A stretch of DNA of 64,000 nt, from assembly GCF_001194135.2 (NCBI RefSeq), contig NC_068987.1, positions 109,852,264 through 109,916,263 on the forward strand, in the 5' to 3' direction. Below, piece by piece: positions 56,772 through 64,000 of this stretch (its first letter is position 1; every line of letters starts with the position of its first letter). This stretch comes from Octopus bimaculoides (lineage: Eukaryota). The translations under genes and the position numbers were made by a program. Below the pieces are notes generated by a model that saw only the letters and a program-made list of their open reading frames with translations, ran no database searches and was not told the DNA's origin.

Positions 56772-58244
56772 TTATATATACACACACACATCTATATATA
56801 TGTGTATATGAGTGTGTGTATGTATATATANNNNNNNNNNNNNNNNNNNNNNNNNNNNNNNNNNNNNNNNNNNNNNNNNNNNNNNNNNNNNNNNNNNNNN
56901 NNNNNNNNNNNNNNNNNNNNNNNNNNNNNNNNNNNNNNNNNNNNNNNNNNNNNNNNNNNNNNNNNNNNNNNNNNNNNNNNNNNATATATTTATATATATA
57001 TTTATATACATACATATATATATACACACGCACACACACATACATATATAAACAGAATTTATAATTTATTAAGTTGTGTATGTACATCTGTATGTGTTTG
57101 TGTGTATATATATGTATATATATATGTGTGTATAGATATATATATCTATACACACATATATATATATAGACACAAGTGTGTCTATATATATATGTGTGTG
57201 CATGCATGTGTCTCTGTATATATGTATGTATGTGTGTATATATGTATATACATCAACTGGTCTTTCTGCAACTTGACAGATTCAAATACGTAAAGATTAA
57301 AACACACACACACACACACACACGCAAAAACAAAACAAAACAAAAAACAACAACAACAACAACAACCCAACATCATATAGCATGATTCAACAACAACAAC
57401 ATCACACAACAACAACAACGACTACAACATCATCAATGAAGTAGATTAGAAAAATGAAAACAGGCTGAGAAAATTTCTTGTAACTTTTATTCCAAAGTAT
57501 TTTTTCCCCCCTGTCACATCAAGTCATCCTTATAGATATGATGTGCAATAAAGGAGCTTCTATCAGGTGGTGGGAAGGTGGGGTGGGGTGTGGGGNNNNN
57601 NNNNNNNNNNNNNNNNNNNNNNNNNNNNNNNNNNNNNNNNNNNNNNNNNNNNNNNNNNNNNNNNNNNNNNNNNNNNNNNNNNNNNNNNNNNNNNNNNNNN
57701 NNNNNNNNNNNNNNNNNNNNNNNNNNNNNNNNNNNNNNNNNNNNNNNNNNNNNNNNNNNNNNNNNNNNNNNNNNNNNNNNNNNNNNNNNNNNNNNNNNNN
57801 NNNNNNNNNNNNNNNNNNNNNNNNNNNNNNNNNNNNNNNNNNNNNNNNNNNNNNNNNNNNNNNNNNNNNNNNNNNNNNNNNNNNNNNNNNNNNNNNNNNN
57901 NNNNNNNNNNNNNNNNNNNNNNNNNNNNNNNNNNNNNNNNNNNNNNNNNNNNNNNNNNNNNNNNNNNNNNNNNNNNNNNNNNNNNNNNNNNNNNNNNNNN
58001 NNNNNNNNNNNNNNNNNNNNNNNNNNNNNNNNNNNNNNNNNNNNNNNNNNNNNNNNNNNNNNNNNNNNNNNNNNNNNNNNNNNNNNNNNNNNNNNNNNNN
58101 NNNNNNNNNNNNNNNNNNNNNNNNNNNNNNNNNNNNNNNNNNNNNNNNNNNNNNNNNNNNNNNNNNNNNNNNNNNNNNNNNNNNNNNNNNNNNNNNNNNN
58201 NNNNNNNNNNNNNNNNNNNNNNNNNNNNNNNNNNNNNNNNNNNN

Positions 58245-58300
<56 letters not shown>

Positions 58301-59389
58301 CTACACCTACACACACATATACAATAATACCCACATGTACACAATATATGTATATATATACACACACACAGACATATACACACACACACCTGTGTAGATA
58401 TGTATATATACAATAATAGACAAGATATATGTATACACACACACACACGCCACTCGCATTCTCACCCGCTTACCACCCATATTCTATATTACTGGAAAAG
58501 TAGCTAAAACAAATTTTTGAGAAAAAGTTCACCAACAACAGAAGAAACGGAAGGCGGTGGAGGTAGGTAGGTAGGTAGATAGATAGATATGCATTGTGGG
58601 TAGGTTCTAGGTAGATATGCTGGGTGGATATTGGATGGTGCCGGATAGTGGTAAAAGACAGGAAAGAGAGCTGTCAAAATGGAGAATAAAAATTGGGAGA
58701 AAAAAATGCAAAGAATTAAAAAAAAGGGGAAGATAAGTAGTTTGAACTGAAATGTGTGTTGTGAAGATGAGATGGTGGTGATGGTGGTGGTAGTGATGAC
58801 AGTGATGATGATGATGAAGAAACAAGGTATGTTTTTAAAACACGAAGGTATATACAATATACACAGTTAACTCAGAAGATTATATACTAATGCAATAAGA
58901 AATATTACAATATTAATATCTTACAAAGTAATTGTTGTTTACTACTATATATATATTTGTTAAGTGTAAGCACATAAACAAATTTCTTTTGTTGAACTGG
59001 AGGACACTGCCCTCTCCCGGGTTAAGTGAACTGCCTTACAAACTTTGGACTTTTCATTGAATTAATTTATACCAGTCATATTTATTCTGATGTGAACAGA
59101 CCAAAGGGATGCAACTCTTAAATTTCTTTTTTTTCTTCTTTTTACTTTTGTTGCATTTCATCTTTTACTCTTATTCTTTAATGCGTTTCCTCAAAGACCA
59201 ATGCCCTTTATCTCTCTCTCTTTTGTAGTCCCCCCCCCAAAAAAAAAGACCAGCCATGTTGTACAATTGAGCCTAAAAGATTGCATAGAAACGCATGACA
59301 CACCATACCTGCTCGTCAGTTTCATATTTTCACTGCATGAAACTAATAGCAGCTTCAATTTAAATACTATGTATATTAAATTATATATA

Positions 59390-59745
59390 TCATCATCATC
59401 ATTTAACGTCCATTGTCCATGCTGGCATGGCATGGATGGTTTGACCAGAACTGGCATGTTGGAAGGCTGCACCAGACTCCAGTCTCATTTGGCATGATTT
59501 CTATGGCTGGATGCCCTACCTAACACCAACCACTCTGAGAGTGCAATGGGTGCTTTTATGTGCCACCACCACGGGTGCCATTTGTGTGACACTGGTATCT
59601 ACTATGACTCCGGTTTTACTTGGCCTGATGGGTCTTCCTCTCAAGCATGGCTTAATGCCAATGGTCATGGTCATTTGTCATGGCCTCCGCGAGGCCCAAC
59701 ACTTGAAAGGTGCTTTCCACCTGCCACTGGCTTTAGTCATTTTGC
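59390..59745 (-). mobile_element. RTE LINE 3'UTR (family B, older variant)
   Basis: Diverged core catgctggcatg...ctggatgccc..ccaaccact; similar diverged copies at ~9630-9728, 11860-11985, 15960-16330, 22570-22738 and 48440-48540. Confidence 0.65.
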
Positions 59746-61358
59746 CTATATATATATATATATATATATATATNNNNNNNNNNNNNNNNNNNNNNNNNNN
59801 NNNNNNNNNNNNNNNNNNNNNNNNNNNNNNNNNNNNNNNNNNNNNNNNNNNNNNNNNNNNNNNNNNNNNNNNNNNNNNNNNNNNNNNNNNNNNNNNNNNN
59901 NNNNNNNNNNNNNNNNNNNNNNNNNNNNNNNNNNNNNNNNNNNNNNNNNNNNNNNNNNNNNNNNNNNNNNNNNNNNNNNNNNNNNNNNNNNNNNNNNNNN
60001 NNNNNNNNNNNNNNNNNNNNNNNNNNNNNNNNNNNNNNNNNNNNNNNNNNNNNNNNNNNNNNNNNNNNNNNNNNNNNNNNNNNNNNNNNNNNNNNNNNNN
60101 NNNNNNNNNNNNNNNNNNNNNNNNNNNNNNNNNNNNNNNNNNNNNNNNNNNNNNNNNNNNNNNNNNNNNNNNNNNNNNNNNNNNNNNNNNNNNNNNNNNN
60201 NNNNNNNNNNNNNNNNNNNNNNNNNNNNNNNNNNNNNNNNNNNNNNNNNNNNNNNNNNNNNNNNNNNNNNNNNNNNNNNNNNNNNNNNNNNNNNNNNNNN
60301 NNNNNNNNNNNNNNNNNNNNNNNNNNNNNNNNNNNNNNNNNNNNNNNNNNNNNNNNNNNNNNNNNNNNNNNNNNNNNNNNNNNNNNNNNNNNNNNNNNNN
60401 NNNNNNNNNNNNNNNNNNNNNNNNNNNNNNNNNNNNNNNNNNNNNNNNNNNNNNNNNNNNNNNNNNTATATATATATAAATCTTTATGATACCTGTGTTA
60501 TTACACACACCATGTATGTATACCCACATATATATATATGTATACTCTTGTGAACTTGTACTGATATATGTGTGTTGGAAACAGCTTTTCTTCCTCCTAT
60601 TTTGGTTAAATGCATAAGTTTGCTGATCCAATTTAAGGTTTTTACTAAATACATTACAGTAGCTGTTTCTAATAACAAAAGACATCCAAACATTCAAGCC
60701 TAAGACAACAACATTCTAGTTACTTAAATCTTCAGCAAACTTACAGATAATTATTTTTCAGGAAAAAACTAATTACTTTCAAGTGTATAATCAAGAAAAA
60801 TGACAAAATGCTACTTTGAATTGAAAATAAGCAAGAAATACAGAAGGGAAAATGGAAGAGAGACACACATAGATAGAAAGATAGATAGATAGATAGATAG
60901 AGAGACTGTGATGTAAAGAAATAATAGTGGTGTAAGGATGGCTCGTTGTGCATCAAGCTACTTTAGAGCAAATGCTTGTCAATCTGTATTATATAACATC
61001 AATCCAATCAACAATGAAAATGGAAAATTAAAGTACAGACTGCAAGAAGAAGTACCGATTCCAGCTATGACAGGTATCGTTATCTTTAAGATTTTACTTA
61101 TTTTAGGCTTTACAGTGTGGCCATGCGGGAGCACTGCCTCGAAGAGTTTAGTTGAATTGATCCGAGTAGTTGTTTTCCTTTCAAATCTGGTACTTATTTT
61201 ACTGTTTTTGTTTTATGTCCCCCACCTCAAAACCACTAAGTTACAAGGGCTGAACAAAACAATTCTTGTCAAATGGTGGTGGTGGTGGGGAGACGAGAAA
61301 CACACACATACACACATGCACACATGCACACACATTAGATGAGTTTCCACACAGTTTC

Positions 61359-61592
61359 TCATTTCTTTATTGCCCCCAGGGGGCTACACACAGAGGGGAC
61401 AAACAAGGTCAGACAAAAGGATTAAGTCGATTACATCGACCCCAGTGCGTAACTGGTACTTAGTTTATCGACCCCAAAAGGATGAAAGGCAAAGTCGACC
61501 TCGGCAGAATTTGAACTCAGAACGTAGCGGCAGACGAAATACCGCTAAGCATTTCACCCACCGTGCTAACATTTCTGTCAGCTCGCCGCCTT
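61359..61592 (-). mobile_element. SINE C (tail type 1), full length, 10-11-bp TSD
   Basis: cacacagttt at 61348-61357 and 61593-61602; host is a diverged SINE A. Confidence 0.85.
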
Positions 61593-62259
61593 CACACAGT
61601 TTTTGCCAAGCAAATTCACTCATGCGGTATTGGTTGACCCAGGCTATACTTGACACTTTCTGGTTACAGAATGAGTTTCTTAATCACACAGCCATGCCTG
61701 CACTTGTATGTATGTTCAAAGTAAACTTTTAACTTTGGGCAACAAACTGAATAAATGGTCATTTGAAAAACTCAAAATTCCATCAAAGTGAGAGAGGACA
61801 ACCTCAATGCTTAAATTTGGTCAAATTCTCTTTTTTTAAATGCAGATCTGTAAACTATTAGCTACAAGCATGGCTGTGCAGTAAGAAGTTTGCTGTTTGA
61901 CCACATGGTTCCAGAGTCAATCCCACTGCATGATGCCTTGGTCAAGTGCTTCAAGCTGACCAAAGCCTTACAAGTGGATTTGGTAGACGGAAACTGAAAA
62001 AGCTCATCATGTGTGTGTGTGTGAGAGTGTCTTTGTGTTGGATTCTCACTACCACTAGGCAACCGGTGATGGTTTGTTAATGTCATTGTAACCTAGCAGT
62101 CTAGCAAAAAGAGACCGCTACAATAAGTGCAAGACTTTAAAGAAAAAAAAGAAAAAAGGACTGGGGTTGATTTGTTTGATTAAACCCCTTCAAGGTGGTG
62201 CCCCAGTATGGCTGCAGTCCAATGACTGAAAAAAAGGTAAATGGAAAAGGATAAATGAA

Positions 62260-62498
62260 GGATAAATGCGAGCTGACAGAAACGTTAGCATGCTGGGCGA
62301 AATGCTTGGCGGTATTTTGTCTGTCTTTACATTCTGAGTTCAAATTCCACCGAGGTGGACTTTGCCTTTCATCCTTTCGGGGTTGATAAATTAAGTATCA
62401 GTTATGCACTGGGGTCGATGTAATCGACTTAATAATCCCTCTGTCTGTCCTTGTTTGTTCCCTCTACGTTTAACCCCTTGTCGGCAATAAAGAAATAA
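62260..62498 (+). mobile_element. SINE C (tail type 1), 17-bp TSD
   Basis: ggaaaaggataaatgaa at 62243-62259 and 62499-62515; host is the tail of a SINE A. Confidence 0.88.
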
Positions 62499-62686
62499 GG
62501 AAAAGGATAAATGAAATTATATATATATATATGAATGATCACAGGACTGCCCAGTCAGGACTGTCCTGGTGTTAAACAACAACTAGCTTTGTTGTCTTGT
62601 TGAAGCAGAATAGCTACATTGCTCGTTCATCTAGAAGTTTGTACCTGGAAGATCAGCATGACCAGAATTACCTTTGATTTCATACA

Positions 62687-62720
<34 letters not shown>

Positions 62721-63599
62721 NNNNNNNNNNNNNNNNNNNNNNNNNNNNNNNNNNNNNNNNNNNNNNNNNNNNNNNNNNNNNNNNNNNNNNNNNNNNNNNN
62801 NNNNNNNNNNNNNNNNNNNNNNNNNNNNNNNNNNNNNNNNNNNNNNNNNNNNNNNNNNNNNNNNNNNNNNNNNNNNNNNNNNNNNNNNNNNNNNNNNNNN
62901 NNNNNNNNNNNNNNNNNNNNNNNNNNNNNNNNNNNNNNNNNNNNNNNNNNNNNNNNNNNNNNNNNNNNNNAAAAAAAAAAAAAAAAAAAAAAAAAAAACT
63001 TCAAGAAGCAGGGTCAAAAAGCCCTAATTAGTAGATAATTTATGTTTTGTTCCATTTGAGGGTCTGCCCTGATGTTCAATAGTAATGTACAGCTTGAGGA
63101 TTTGACAGAGCTGTTTGATGTTAAGTATCAAATGTAGATGAACGATAGATGCAAGAAAAATGATTAGAAGTAGAAAAAATACAATAGTTAATAATTAGAT
63201 TCATAAACTTATAATTTACTGCACAGATCTCTGTCTTTATCCATCTATCTATCCCTCTATCTATCAATCTATCTATCTATCCATCAATCTATCAATCTAC
63301 CTAGCATTTTCCCAGAGCGAAAGGTGTACCCAAATTTAGACTTGAAAATTTTGAAAGCTAGAATGGATATAAAAGCAGTCTTGGTGTTTTTGCATACCTT
63401 TACCATGTAAATCCTGTTGGAAATTTTTCTTTTACTGCTATGTAAAGAGATGCAATAAATAAAACATATAATTCTTGCCCATTCTCTGAGGTTTAAATTT
63501 GCTTACAAAAACTAATATTCCTCTGCCAGAATACACTAGAAATTTTTAAGACTTATTTTAGGAAAAAAATGAAAACTTTCTGCTCAACATGAGGAAATA

Positions 63600-64000
63600 C
63601 TGTTCCTGTCTGTCTATCAATCGATCGATCGATTCATCAATCAATCCNNNNNNNNNNNNNNNNACCCACCCACCTACCTACCTATCTTCCTACCTGCTTA
63701 CCTACCTATTTATCTACCTGCCTATCTATTTATCTATGTCTATCTATCTATCTATCTACCTATCTATCTATCTATCGATCCATCCATCCATCTACCCATC
63801 TAGCTACCCACCTATCAATCGATCCAGCCATCTACCCACCTAGCTAGCTACCTACCTACCTACCAATCTATCTATCTACCTACCTACCTACTTACCTACC
63901 TATCTACCTACTTATTTATCTACCTGCCTATCTATATATCTATCTATCTATCTATCTATCTATCTACCTACCTACCTACCTACTTACCTACATTCCTATC
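63600..64000. repeat. (TATC/TACC)n microsatellite
   Basis: Direct inspection. Confidence 0.95.

Overview
AT-rich, repeat-dense animal genomic DNA from a gapped draft assembly. It is most likely a coleoid cephalopod (Octopus-like), inferred from the repeat families as I recall them. The window holds the central part of one large minus-strand gene, a Dachsous-type atypical cadherin (ds/DCHS). I traced 16 coding exons from 32952 down to 1120. All have GT-AG boundaries and compatible phases, and together they give 5437 nt of uninterrupted frame (~1812 codons, 18 cadherin repeats with the first and last partial, roughly EC6-EC23 of 27). The gene continues past both edges. No cadherin exon is visible in 32953-64000, which appears to be part of one >31 kb intron. 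The introns contain tRNA-derived SINEs (here called A, C, D/E), 5'-truncated RTE LINE ends (B), RTE, R4/Dong-like and L1/Tx1-like LINE relics, two Tc1/mariner transposase relics, Tc1-, hAT- and piggyBac-type MITEs, fold-back elements and many microsatellites. The main leads are: (i) SINE C copies with target-site duplications (TSDs) all sit inside SINE A copies, two at the same GAAACTG site; (ii) two degenerate hammerhead-ribozyme motifs in Penelope-like relics; (iii) several near-perfect intronic hairpins or inverted repeat pairs that could form dsRNA, circRNA or miRNA. No database search was possible, so family names come from recalled motifs.
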